Shown: piece after piece, positions 27,367 to 41,813 of the stretch
Position numbering within the stretch: the first letter of the stretch is position 1
Layout of the letters: the number at the start of each line of letters is the position of its first letter
NCBI GenBank assembly: GCA_964016885.1
Contig: OZ024743.1
Location: 344,162,001-344,226,000, forward strand
Length of the DNA stretch: 64,000 nt
From: Eledone cirrhosa
Lineage: Eukaryota
Direction of reading: 5' to 3'
Program-made: the position numbers and the translations under genes
Notes under the pieces: model-generated
Databases searched by the model: none
The model's input: the letters and a program-made list of their open reading frames with translations, nothing else
Told to the model about the DNA's origin: nothing

Positions 27367-29276
27367 ATGGACGGCTCAGAGTCACTCCTTCCTCACACAC
27401 TAACACCTCACACCGACACCACCATTGTAAATATTACTACGTTTGCCAACACTAAAAATATAAGCAGTAGCAATATTTTAAATTTGTCTCAGCCAGACAT
27501 TCATTTCCCGCCATTACCAATGACTGCAGGTGTTAAAGCCCCCCCCCCCACCACCACCACAACGACAATAGAAACAAAAGAAAAAAATAAATTAACTTGT
27601 GATATCGAAATGAATTTAACCAAAATGAACTCTTCCACACCGAACACCACTGACGCCACCACCACCACAACTGAAACTAAAATAAACAATAACGAAAATA
27701 ACGATAAGAACAACAGCAACAATGAAATTAAGAAAACTACCCTGAGTTTTGCCAGAGTAGCAAAAACGTGCGAAGCGATCCAGGTAACTCAGGAGGAATT
27801 AGATGAAGCCAAAAGAATGGTAAAGAAAGATGGGTACAGGGTCAGCCTCACCCCACCACCTAATAAAATAGAGCATCGTCGCCTATGCACCGTGTCTTAT
27901 CGGACAATTAACATAAAATCGCGCCGGGCATCCAAGTCCCAAATCCAAAAAGCTTTGGGACATGTGTGGGCAAAAAAAACACACATCAGACGTGGGCAGA
28001 AATATGGAACTGTGGACGTGTTCTTTGAAACACCACAGGAGGCCAGAGAACACTCCATGGCCCCATTAAGAAGTGACGACTTCACACTCGTCCCAAGCTA
28101 TTGTGGCCAGAGACTTGTGAAGATCAGGGTGACCCACGTTCCACCAGCCATCGAAATTCCCTGGCTAATGGCTGCCGTCCTCGCCGGCATCGAGGCCAAC
28201 ACCAAGATAATCGAAATAGCGAAAGAAAAGCAGGAGAACTGGTCCGGATCTGGGATCGAGCTCCTGATCCAAGCGGACCATAAAAGCATTGAGGAGATCC
28301 CAGAGGTAATAGACCTCACTGAAGGCAGACACCGCACCGTAATCGTCGAGGGCAGAAGGCCTAGGTGTGTCGTTTGTGGTGAAGGAACCCACCTAAGGGC
28401 TTTCTGCCCTCAGGCTAAAAGGTTGAGGCCACCTCTCTTACCCACCCCAGTGACTCAACCATCAACACCACCAGCAGCAGAAATGGCAGCAACAACTGTA
28501 GCAGCAACAACAGAAGCAACTGTAACAGCAACAACCCCAGCAACAGTAGCAAAACCAACACCCACACCACCCAACGCGCCAGAACTGGCACCAGCGCCTA
28601 CACCATCCACCACGCCACAACCAAAACCAACGCCTGCGGAGGATTTTCCACTCCCCGGCTTATCGCAACTGGAGACAGATTGTGACGACGTGGAGTGGGA
28701 AACGGTATCAGGAAAAAAGAAAAAAAGAAACCAAAAAAGAAAAATTCTCTTCTTTCCCCCTCCAAAAACAAAATACAGAGGGAAACAAATAAATTATCAA
28801 ACAAAAAAGTTAGGACAGATATGCCTCCATCCACACAAGCATCACCAACCCCATCATCACAAACACCAACACCATCACCATCATTAACCCCAACACCACC
28901 ATCACCAACACCACAAAAGTCACCAAAAAGCGAAACAGAAACAAAACAAAACAAAACGCAAACAAAACAAAACAACCAAAACGATACACACTACACAGCA
29001 TTAAATTTGAACAACAACCAATTATTACACTACATGCAACACAACACCAGCATCACAGAAAAAGACTATACAACAACACAAAAGTTCACACCACCTCCAC
29101 ACATACAAATCACTCGCATCACACAGAAAACGTACACGACACTAAAACAAAAATTCCCCAAAGACATCGGAGACTTCCGACAAACACTCTCCAGGAGGAT
29201 TTATAAGGACATCCTTCCGGAGGAGGCCACAAGCAGTGAAAAGGATGGAAAACCATCCTTCCTCTACGAGAAGTAA
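27367..29276 (+). pseudogene. Tx1-B ORF1, frameshifted near 28740
   Basis: CCHC knuckle VEGRRPRCVVCGEGTHLRAFC; continuation 28695-29276 resembles the Tx1-A ORF1 C-terminus (HYT.LN.NNN.L..., LKQKF.KD.G). Confidence 0.85.
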
Positions 29277-29315
29277 GGTAAGTGGTCTTTCCCATCTTTT
29301 CCACTCCATTTCAAC

Positions 29316-32300
29316 ATGACCTCACTCAGAATAGGCAGCATAAATGCGCGTGGCTTGAGGTCGTCACGGAAGCAGGGCCACCTGCTCAACGACCTCAGGT
29401 CACTAAACATAGATGTAGTGGCCATCAGCGAGACCAGAATCTCCGAAGCACGGGCCCTCGCACCGATCTTCGGCGGCTATGATGTGTACGCATCTCCCAG
29501 CCGTCCGGGTTCGGGGGGAGGAGTTGTTGTGCTTTTTCGGAGAGGTTTGGATCTCCCCATACGGGCCATCTTCCTGGACCCAGAAGGTAAGTTGGTGGTG
29601 CTAGATGTGACCAGCGGAGACGGGCAAGCTTTCAGGCTAGTGGCCGTCTATGCCCCGACAGGAGCAGGGCGGCCTGATTTCTTCCGGCGTCTGGAGACCT
29701 TTCTTGGAACGTCCCGCTCTTTAGCGTTAGTGGGCGACTGGAACGGGATCTTAGATGCACGCTGGGACTGTGTGGGATCAGCGGATAGGGGAGGAGGGCG
29801 CAAGAGCCTCACCAACCTGCTCAGGCGTTTTGAACTATCTGACAGGTACCGATTGGATTTCCCGAATGTGCCAATGTGGACTTGGACAAATCGCATAGGG
29901 TCATCCAGATCATATCTAGATAGAGTATTTTGTAGGGAAATAGATAGGTCTAGCATAGGCTGTCCACAATTCAAGATAGTCAGCTACACGGACCACAAAT
30001 TCGTGATCTGTGTGCTTGACTTAGATAGGCTTCATAGACGAGGACCCGGCTACTGGAAGCTAAACGCGTCCTTACCAGCGCGCAAGGCCTACAGAGACCG
30101 GATTAGCGAACTAGTTAAGCGGGCGTTGACGGGGGCCATCGTCAAAAACAAGTAGTGGTTTGCTCTGAAAAGAGCAATTAGAATAGAGTCCATTAGGTTT
30201 AGTAAGGCTTTAGCAATAGAGAAAAATAGAGCAGAAGGAGAATTAGTTAGAAAATTAGACGAGGCGCTTAGCAAAGGCATCGCGCCCGACGTACTTGCGA
30301 CGAAGTTGGCCCTTGACCAATTCTTCAATGCAAAGCACGAAGGCTGCGTTGTCAGAGCTAGGGTGCGGGCTCTCAGACACGAGGGGACGAAAGCCGTTCA
30401 ATGGGCCCGAGTGGCGGAGGCGCGTCGTGGCAACAAAGCCACGATGCGGTCTTTGGTGGACCACGACGGGCGCATGCTACTCGATCCCAGGAAAATGTGT
30501 GAAGCTTTTCTGCGACACTTCGCACAGCTGTTCGGGGGCAGCGGCGGGCCGGTTCGAGGGATGGACTTTAGTGTCTACCTCGACGGACTGCCGCGGCTCT
30601 CGGCCACTGAAGCGGAGTGTTGCGAAAACCCGATAACAGCCGCTGAAGTACGGGAGGCAATGACTGGCTGCACAAGGGGTAAATCGCCTGGTTTGGATGA
30701 TCTGCCCTATGAACTTTACTTACAGATACCAGACTTGTTCGGAGGCCTCTTGGCGGACGTCTACTGCAACAGAACGGGAGAATTCCCAGCTCTGTGAGCC
30801 GAGGAGCTGTGGTGCTGCTGAGAAAGGATCCGAACAAGTGGGATAACATAGATAATTTCAGGCCCATAACTCTGCTAAACACAGAGCTCAAGATTTTGGC
30901 CAAGGTGCTACCAAAGAGGTTGGCGGTTGTCGTTGGTGGTCTGGTGGGAGAGGCTCAGACGTGCGCCATTCCCAACAGATCCATCCACGACAACCTCCAC
31001 CTCATGCGATACATCGTAGAGAGGGTAGCTAGGGAACCTGGCACGGGTGGGTCCTTGATCAATTTAGATCAGTCGAAAGCTTTCGATAGGGTCGACCATC
31101 GTTACCTAGCGGCAGTCTTGAGGGCGGCTGGCTTTGGGCCCATCTTCAGAGGCTGGATCGCTGCCATGCACATCAACATCTGCTCTGTGGTGAGAGTGAA
31201 CGGTCACCTTTCGGAACCGTTCAACATCATGCGCTCGGTCCGCCAAGGATGTCTCCTCTCGTCCCTCTTGTACGTATTGACTCTCAAGCCATTACTGCAC
31301 AAACTGGAGACGTTGAGGGGGCTCCCGCGCGAACTAGGATGCGGAATATCCGTGTCAGCATATGCGGACGATGTCACCGTAGTGGTGTCAAACGCCAAAC
31401 ACATCGAGGCAATCGGCACTACACCAAGAGAATACGAAGCGGTGACAGGAGCAATGATCAACCAGGAAAAGTCAGTGGGCCTGCAGCTCGGCACCTGGAG
31501 AGGCAGATCCATGCCGTCCAACAGCGTCGTCGGGCGCTGGACGGACGGACCAGTTAAATTGCTCGGGGTCTGGTTCGGTCCGGATCTCCAGACGGACAAA
31601 AACTGGGACGAGGTGACGAGAAGGGTGGCTTCTCTCACCCAGAAATGGGCCGAGAGGAAGCTATCCCTGAAAGGTCGACCGGAGGTGGCTAACGCGTATA
31701 TCGCGTCCGTCATCTACTACCGCCTGACCGTCGTACCTTGTCCTAAGCCCCGCCTGACTGCGCTGGGGCGTTTGCTCTTCCGCTTTTTGTGGAAGGGACG
31801 CGCTCCGATGGTCAGGCGGTCCATCTACTGTCAACACCCGCTACGTGGAGGGCTGGGAATGCCGTGGCTGATGATGCGCAGACACGCGCTCAGGCTACGA
31901 CATCTCCACCTCTTCCTCGACGGTGATCAGGTGTGGTCTCCGTTTGTTAGACGCGTCTTTCCCCAGCTCGTCTCCTTGACGGAGCTGCAGTCCTGGGTCA
32001 AGCGAAGACCGAGGGGGAGCGCTTGGAGACTGGAATGTCTTCAGGCGCTCATAGCCCTCGACCAATCGGGCAATGTGATCGGTGGAAACTCTACCTTGGC
32101 GTTCTATAGAGGATTAGTGGAGGGGAGGAGCGACGACGTACTTGGGGAAACTCTAGGCGTCGACGAAAATCAACTAGCCAATCTCTTCGGAAGAACTTTC
32201 GGGCCGGGACCTATGGACAACTTCCAGAAATCCCTGGCCTGGCAGTGCTACCGAGGAGCTTTTCCAGTTCGGGATAAACTCTACAGGCATGGAGGTGCCG

Positions 32301-32745
32301 TCTGGCGGGCATGTCCGATATGCGCGCAGGGCGACGAAACCATCCTGCACGCACTCGTCCAGTGTCCGAGCATTGCTGACTTGTGGGTTTATGTCGAACA
32401 CCTGCTGTCGCGTGTGGGACGGATCCAGCTATCAGCTGAGTCCATCGTGAGGATTACCCCGCCCTCTTCCTTTAGCAGGCAGTTTTTATCTGTCTGGAAG
32501 GGCAGGCAGTTTTTATCTGTCTGGTGGCCATGGCGAAAGAGATAGTATGGTGGACACGTTTGAAAGGGCTGAAGACGAGCACTTACCTCTTCGGTGATGC
32601 CCTGATTAACTTTTTCAAATTTCATTTGAAAAGGAAAATCAGGGTAGAAAGGGAAGTGCTCTCTTCCCAGCATTTTGTTGAAAGATTGGTGAGAGAAGCA
32701 AGAATGGCCCGAGTGAATGGGCCTACTCTGAGCATATATCTGTAA
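29316..32745 (+). pseudogene. Tx1-B ORF2 (APE-RT-Zn), disrupted
   Basis: INARGL, GDWN, TDH, YADD, CPIC..H...C; premature TAG at 30153-30155, small deletion frameshift near 30769, short internal duplication near 32477-32525. Confidence 0.92.
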
Positions 32746-33090
32746 ATTAAAGGTGGAAAACTGGGAGAGGGCACTTGCCTTGGTGGTCAGGGTCACTGTG
32801 GCCTTTTACTGGGCTTTCTCCACAAATGTCCCTCCGAAGTCTCCCCCCTATTGGGGAATTTTTCATTGTTATTTTTTTGTTACCTACTCTGTTTTTGTTT
32901 TTTACACACAGAAATGCCCATTTGTACCGTACTGTATTGTCCTGCACTATCCTTAATGTCTACTTTATGTAAACCCTTGTGGTTAATAAAGAAATCATTA
33001 TTATTATTATTATTATTATATTATAAGAACAGTTAAAGTTTAAGCAAAGAATCGCTGCTTTCACCCTTATATATATATATATATATATAT

Positions 33091-33415
<325 letters not shown>

Positions 33416-33428
33416 CAAAAGTAGAACT

Positions 33429-33464
<36 letters not shown>

Positions 33465-33470
33465 AAGAAC

Positions 33471-33757
33471 CATATATTCAGAGAAGACAGTATATTGTAT
33501 ATATATACTAAATACATATTAGAGTGAAGAACATGTACTCAAGATTGAATCAATAGTGACACTATGGCGCCATTTCGTTAACTGTAAACTGTGATTTAAA
33601 ATCAGAAAACTTGTCAGAAAACTTGTCAGGGGTATAGTCTTTAGCATTCTAATGGAAAAATAGAGGGTCATTTTTTATTTCATCTTCAGTACATGTTCTT
33701 CTCTGTAATGTGTATTTTGTATATGCACAATATACTGTGTCTTCTCTAGATATATGT
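33471..33757. repeat. Degenerate inverted repeat (~75-bp arms) between microsatellites
   Basis: GAGAAGACAGTATATTG..GAAGAACATGTACT versus AGTACATGTTCTTC..CAATATACTGTGTCTTCTC. Confidence 0.65.
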
Positions 33758-33890
33758 CCCCCCCTCCCCACTCTCTCTCTCTATATATATATACATATAT
33801 ATATCTTCTGCTTTAGGTTACTCTGGATGATATATATTGAGGTAATTTATTGAGAACCACATAATCCTAACATGTTCAATATGTTACATT

Positions 33891-34394
<504 letters not shown>

Positions 34395-34755
34395 ATGTAT
34401 ACAGTCATGTAAACATGCCAAATATACGTATTTCCCTGTAAATAATAAAAGAAAACAACATTTTTAAAAGGTTCTCAACCTTAGTCTGGTTTTCATCAGA
34501 ATGCATGTATATCATCTAAACCACCACAAATGTAATTTAAAGCTTATATAAGCCACCACACATAGTAGTATTCTGAAATGGACGTACTAATATGCATATT
34601 ATTAGCGTTCATGTAGGTAGTAATTCAAGATACATATTATATTGTTATATATCTAAGCAGCCGAAGCATATGATAAATTCATATCTTTATATAAATTTAT
34701 ACCTTTTTAGTATATTGACATATAAGCATGCCAAATATACCATTATCCAGTAAAT

Positions 34756-35083
34756 CAGAGTTTCTGAAAGGTGGGTGCTACCGACTAACCCCCCCCCCCC
34801 CCCGGAGGGCGTTGACAGGTCCAGGGGTCCTAAGGAGGCGGTGGGGATAAAGATGATATAATAGTATATTAAATATCAAATTTACATATTATATATAAAT
34901 ATAGTAAAATAAAAAATATATAATATTTATTTATACATAGTATGTATTGTATTATTTATTATACATTATTTACAATTTGCGTGTAGGCAGGTCTCTCTGG
35001 AAATAGAGCTGGGGGCGATGAGGGTTTTACGTGGCCATAATGGGGGTGGGGTGGTGGTGGTCCCAAAAGTTTGAGAACCTCTG
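34756..35083. mobile_element. hAT (Charlie-like) MITE
   Basis: TIRs CAGAGTTTCTGAAA / TTTGAGAACCTCTG; degenerate 8-bp TSD CAGTAAAT / CTGTAATT. Confidence 0.7.
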
Positions 35084-35463
35084 CTGTAATTGAAAAAAAA
35101 ATGACAAAAACCTTTAACCGGGTTCCAATCCTTGGTGTGCTTTCATAAGAAAGCATATGCATCATCTAAACGATCACAAAGTAACACATATTCGAAGGGC
35201 TTATACACCCTAGTATTTACAAGTATAATTTACATGAAGCGTAGTGAGATATATAATAAGTAATAAGATGTTCGGAAAGCCGGTACAATACAGATAGAAA
35301 TATAAAAGTCTTGTTTTTCTACATTCATTTGAAAATATCATGAAGAAATATATTGGGCAAAAAACACTATTTTGCTTTGTTTTGTCCTCTTTTTATTTAT
35401 ATATTGTACCGGCTTTCTGAACACCTTCTTTATTGCATACATACACACATACACACGCACACA

Positions 35464-35559
<96 letters not shown>

Positions 35560-35687
35560 AATGCGCCGAAACATCTGAGACCCCAGCAGACAACTGATGA
35601 GGGGATCTTTCTATCTCTATGTTTGTGTTTCCTTTACTTTTCTAAACACTCATTATTAGTATCCACACAGCACCTTGTCCCTTTTAA

Positions 35688-35724
<37 letters not shown>

Positions 35725-35907
35725 ATACTTGGGGAGGGTCATATTGTTATAATATCGTCAGAAATAATAACAGAACACACTCACTGTTTGGTTTGGGTTG
35801 ATTTTTGCTTCTGTATCTTTTATATCGCCATAGTTAATTTATTTGGCAATCAATGTTTATCATTGATTGACCAATGGTTAAAAATACAGATATAAATATA
35901 TATATAG

Positions 35908-35955
35908 TCTATCAAAGTTCTTTCGTCACACATCTGCAACATCATCAGTAGTACT
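35908..35955 (-). ncRNA. Hammerhead-like motif with weak stem I
   Basis: Minus: CTGATGA-t-gttgca-gatg-tgtgac-GAAA-gaactt; related truncated copy near 37990-38015 has stem II gtcaca/tgtgac. Confidence 0.45.
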
Positions 35956-36149
35956 ATTATGTTTTCTCCCATTGTATTGTAAAGTTTACGCCATTTTTAT
36001 TTGATTAATTAATTTATTTATTCTTGTCTCTGAGCATGCGTGTGTGTTTAATGTTTGGTGTGTGTATTTGTGTTCGAGTGTATGTATTTTTGTTTTCGTT
36101 ATATATCTATATTGATCTACATCAAATAAGGCTCAGAATTGACTATAGA

Positions 36150-36683
<534 letters not shown>

Positions 36684-36788
36684 ATATATCTCTATATATA
36701 TCTCTATATATATTAGGATTGGTGGTCTGAAATAGCGATCGATTCATGAATGTATGTATAGTATATTTGGCAATATACTATACATACA

Positions 36789-36832
<44 letters not shown>

Positions 36833-36833
<1 letters not shown>

Positions 36834-37763
36834 TAGCAGTAAATCCCGGCGTTGCTCGGGGTCGCTCAGTAGCTGTGTTAAAGTTACAATGTTAAGTTTC
36901 TTTCTTGGCTTAAAAACTGTAGTGTCTACTGTGCAGACTTGCATGTGGTGTTTTTGATTAATATTCCCTCAACCAACAATATACCTTATGAAGTTAAGAA
37001 AACATAACGATAACCCGAATGTTATAACAAAAGAGGATGCTGGGGATAGAAACTGCACTGGTTATTTATTAACAAAGATCGAAAATGTAAACACTGCAAC
37101 GCAGAGAAAAACATTAGCGTAACCAAATTATCAGTTATGTCTGTCTGCACGCCTATATCACCTCTCTGCACGACTGTCTGTCTGCACGCCTATATCACCT
37201 CTCTGCACGACTGTCTGTCTGCACGCCTATATCACCTCTCTGCACGACTGTCTGTCTGCACGCCTATATCACCTCTCTGCACGACTGTCTGTCTGCACGC
37301 CTAACGAAATTTACAGATACATATATTTTATATAAACTTATATAATTTTTGCTTTTTTTTACGAAATATTTGCTTGTTTTAAGTAGTTTTTAAATAGACT
37401 TGTTTTCAAGTAAAAATATTGTTTTAAAAGGCTTGTTTTACGTAGTCTTTAAATCGTGTATTGTGTTAATGTCATTTTAAACGCTGAGAAAGCCAGCGTA
37501 ATTTTTTTAATTTTTGCACGCAGACGCTCAATGTAAACAGAACAAAGGGAAATAACTGATCACTTACGCTCAAAAATCGATACATTATATTCGATTTCGT
37601 CACATAGGGTGGGTCAATTTGAAATATTTTTTTTTCCGATGTCTTCGCTAGGGCTCAATGTACAAGTATAGCAATTTCGGTGCAATTCCGTGAGAGATTC
37701 TAAGAGGAGATGTGTGCCAAAAATCGATAGACAGACAGACAACCACAGTTTTATATATATAGA
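36833..37763 (-). mobile_element. Non-autonomous Helitron
   Basis: Minus strand starts TCTATATATATAAAAC with (CTGT)n and ends CCCGAGCAACGCCGGG hairpin + CTAG; inserted in (TA)n. Confidence 0.85.
37138..37302. repeat. 37-bp tandem repeat (~4.4 copies) inside the Helitron
   Basis: Unit CTGTCTGCACGCCTATATCACCTCTCTGCACGACTGT. Confidence 0.92.
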
Positions 37764-38049
37764 TATATATATATATATTTCGTTTCTGAATTTGTTTAGC
37801 AAGATTCTTTATCTGGAATCGTGTGTTGAAACCGATATTGTTATACTTTGGGAGGGTCATGTTGCCAATAAGAAACACACGCACCAGTAGCTTTCACTTC
37901 AATTTATTATAATAAATTAATAAATTTAGGAATTTATAAATTTCTGGTTGGTTGGTTGGTTCCACAACCAGATGGTTGTTTATATATTGTCAAAGTTCTT
38001 TCGTCACACATTCTGTGACCTCTTATATAATATATATATATATATATAT

Positions 38050-38444
38050 AATATGAAAAACGAAGAATCAGTGACGCATCGAAACGCAATTTATTAACGT
38101 ATCACAATTGTTTCTCCGGCGAGCAGCTCGAGGTGCGATCTATTTGTGGATCGAACCTGACTCTGGATTCGCAAGTTCCCCAGATACGTCTAGTGACTTC
38201 GAAGCAAACTCTCTGTCCGATGTCAATAGACGTATCTGAGAAACTTGCGAATCCAGAGTCAGGTTCGATCCACAAATAGATCGCACCTCGAGCTGCTCGA
38301 CAGAGAAACAATTGTAATACGTTAATAAATTGCGTTCCGATTCATCAGTGTTTCTTCGTTTATTATATTACTATACTCTGCTCCGAAGGAGCATAGAGCG
38401 CTCAACTGGCCTACCGCCTATGGACGCATCCAAGCAACCTTACT

Positions 38445-38447
<3 letters not shown>
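38050..38447 (+). mobile_element. Short Penelope-like element with ~150-bp inverted arms, each containing a hammerhead fold
   Basis: Arms ~38050-38202 and ~38217-38368; tail ATACTCTG..GAGCGCTC; (TA)n on both sides. Confidence 0.75.
38230..38322 (+). ncRNA. Type I hammerhead fold (core mutated to CTGAGAA)
   Basis: acgtat-CTGAGAA-a..a-GAAA-caatt-GTA-atacgt; 6-bp stem I, palindromic ACAATTGT stem III; mirror copy 38097-38189 (-) has CTGGGGA, so the consensus is CTGAGGA. Confidence 0.72.
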
Positions 38448-38495
<48 letters not shown>

Positions 38496-38581
38496 TTTAT
38501 CCCGGGTTCAATCGGGGGTAACCACAGTAAGTAAGGTACTCAATACATAGCAGAGTATAAATATTTAATATAGAAATGGCT

Positions 38582-38852
<271 letters not shown>

Positions 38853-38999
38853 TATATATATATATATATATCTTTTGATTTTAATTTATTAATTCTTCAT
38901 TGAGCTTAAAAGTGAACAGTTGCAACATATATATATCCTTAATTTAATTTAATTTTATGTATATGATAACCTTTATATATATATATATATATATGCATT

Positions 39000-39086
39000 T
39001 GTCGTGGAACGAACTCTATACCGAACTCGTCCTTTGGACTGAGTGCTTTACCAACCTTAGATATAACCTCCCGGCTTTTTACTCCT
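39000..39086 (+). mobile_element. Isolated 3' tail related to the 55528-56078 element
   Basis: AACTCGTCCTTTGGACTGAGTGCTTTACC..GATATAACCTCC resembles the reverse complement of 55545-55592; flanked by (TA)n. Confidence 0.65.
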
Positions 39087-40309
39087 ATATATATGTGTGT
39101 TTTTGTGTGTGTTTGTGTGTGTGCGCGCGTCTGTGTGTGTGTATGTGTGTGTGTATATATGTGTGTGTGCGTGTGTGTCAGCGTGGAAGCGCATAGCTTT
39201 GAGGCCATGGTGTTGGTCTCACGATTAGACATACGTATGTGTGTAAATGTTCTTCTCAAGATTAGTGCTAGGCTATGTATGTATGTATGTATGCATATAT
39301 GTATGTATTTGTGCCTGTGTATGTAAATATATATGTATGTATGTAAGTATGTATGCATGTATGTATTTGTATATGTGTATGTATTTACGTATGCACGTAT
39401 ATATGCGTGTATGTGTGTGTGTGCGTATGTATGTATGTATGTGTGTATGTATGTATGTATGTATGTATGTATGTATGTATGTGTGTGTATGTATGTATGT
39501 ATGTATGTATGTATGTATGTATGTATGTATGTATATATGTATGTATGTATGTATGTAGGTATGTGTGTATGTGTGTGTATGTATGTATGTATGTATGTAT
39601 GTATGTATGTATGTATGTATGTATGTATGTATGCATGTATGTGCGTATGTATGTATGCATGTATGTATGCATGTATGTGCGTATGTATGTATGCATGTAT
39701 GTATGTATATGTATTTGTGTATGTATATATATATATATACATGTATGTGTTCAGTAATTTCCTTAAAACCAAAACATATTAGTTTCAAATGTTTTGAATG
39801 AATTCTAATGGCTAATGCTACAATCAATATGTCTTTTATTTGTCTCCTTTTATATTCCCTCCATTTTTGTTTTAAAAACCTCTATCGACACGACCATTAC
39901 ATCTATTATTATTAATGCTACTATTAGTAGTATTATTTCATTATTATCATTATTGGCAATATTCTTCATGCTATTATTTTTAGTACTATTATTCAATTTG
40001 GTACTATTGCGATTATTGTTATTATTGTTATTATTATTGTTATTGTCGTCGACGCTATTGGTTTTATTTTTATTGTTTTAGTACTTGTTATCATTTTCGT
40101 TTAATTTTCCTTTCGCATTCGATTTTTCATTTTGTTTTTGGTTTCTGATTTTTCTATACAAAACAAGAATTTCTAATTTCTAATTTTTCTTGATATACTT
40201 TTTTCAACATTTTTATTTATCATTTTTACATTTTATTTATTTAATTTTAACATCACTGATTAAACGAATCAATGACTTATTCTTATTGAAACCAGACGGG
40301 TTTGCCGTT

Positions 40310-40425
40310 GCCACCAATCAAAGAGTAGCTTTTATAGAAAAATGGCGGTGGCCGCGCCGGCTGTGACAGCAGCAGCGTCGTTTGTAGCAATAATGGTGAT
40401 AATCGTTAGACTTTTCGGTTAGAAA
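40310..40425 (+). promoter_or_regulatory. Candidate host regulatory or 5' element (CCAAT, TATA-like, YY1-like AAAATGGCGG, GC-rich patch)
   Basis: CCAATCA at 40314-40320 and AAAATGGCGG at 40339-40348 in non-repetitive sequence; motifs only. Confidence 0.3.
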
Positions 40426-40742
40426 ACTTTTAAAAGGTTCTGTTATGCTCTAATCAAGTTATCTCATTGAAATATCCGTATCTTTCTCTTCTCTTTCTTC
40501 TCATTTAAAAGATAAATTTGTTTTCCTTTTGCATGTTTAGAAAACGCCTAATGAAATTTTCTGCAAGCTAGTGGATCACTTCGATTTGTTTTAGACCAGA
40601 TTCATTACGTAAACTAACTGCTTAGCAATTAAAAGAGAGAAACAGACACACAATACATACATACATATATACACACACATGCATGCATACATATATAAAT
40701 ACATACGTACATATGAATGTATGCATATACACTCACGCACAC

Positions 40743-40783
<41 letters not shown>

Positions 40784-40801
40784 TTATATATATGCACACA
40801 A

Positions 40802-40886
<85 letters not shown>

Positions 40887-41466
40887 GAAAAAAGTACAGA
40901 CAACTATTCTCACAATTTCACACAGATGCATGTGTGGAGAGATAGAAATAAACAAATTCATGAGAACATAAAATAAAAGAAAAAAGCTTTAAGGCCCATT
41001 TTCAATGGCCGTTCGTTTATTGAAGAGTATAGAAAGCCGCTGATAAAACAATCAGAACTTTTCTTTCAGCTATTGTACTGACTGTATTCTTGTGAGATCG
41101 AAATTTCACTTATTAGCTGAGTGTATCAATAATTACGTTTTTTGTTAATTTTGTAAATTCCTATTATTCCCTTCTATCTTTTCCTTCCTCCTCGCTATTT
41201 AATTTAATAATCCGTGAGTTTAGTTTTAACACCTAAAGCTAGAAATTGGTAAACTTGTCTTTTTAGGTACAAAATGTCGTGTGATAATTATTCTTTCTTG
41301 TGTTCGTTTTCTTTAGTTATTTTTGTTCGGTTTTTGTTCTACAAACTGTTTTCAATTTCAATTTGCACTCTACTTATATATGTTTAAACTACTCTGTAGA
41401 TCGTCATCCCCACCATCACCACTACCACCACCGCCGCCGCCACCACCATTACCCCCCCCCACCACG

Positions 41467-41527
<61 letters not shown>

Positions 41528-41813
41528 CAACAACAATAATTATTATTATTATTATTTCTGCGGTAGTTTCGTGTGAGTCTCTACTATATCACCTGGTTCA
41601 CCTCCATGTTCCTGAGGTGTGTGCAGCATTCTGCGTTCTTATTATTGTGGGATTGGGTGGGGTAGTAAAGTCTCCTTCTAATAGTGTACTGCATTAACTT
41701 GTTAAAAAAATAGCTCTTGTTTTGTTACGGAGTTTAGTTGTTTCTTTACTTTAGCCTGTTGTGTCCTGTTGTGCATGATATGTGTACTGTGAGTTGTGTT
41801 ATTTTATTGGATA

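Larger units (their letters stand above)
27151..32996 (+). mobile_element. Full-length but disrupted Tx1/L1-clade LINE (family Tx1-B) inserted in (ATT)n
   Basis: (ATT)n at 27105-27150 and 32997-33023; ORF1 and ORF2 homologous to Tx1-A; ends GGTTAATAAAGAAATC. Confidence 0.93.

Noticed and set aside
35565-35640. GAAAC...CTGATGAG as a permuted hammerhead
   Set aside because: I could not form stems I and III or find a correctly placed NUH triplet.
37138-37302. 37-bp direct repeats as a CRISPR array
   Set aside because: Contiguous tandem units with no spacers, inside a eukaryotic Helitron.
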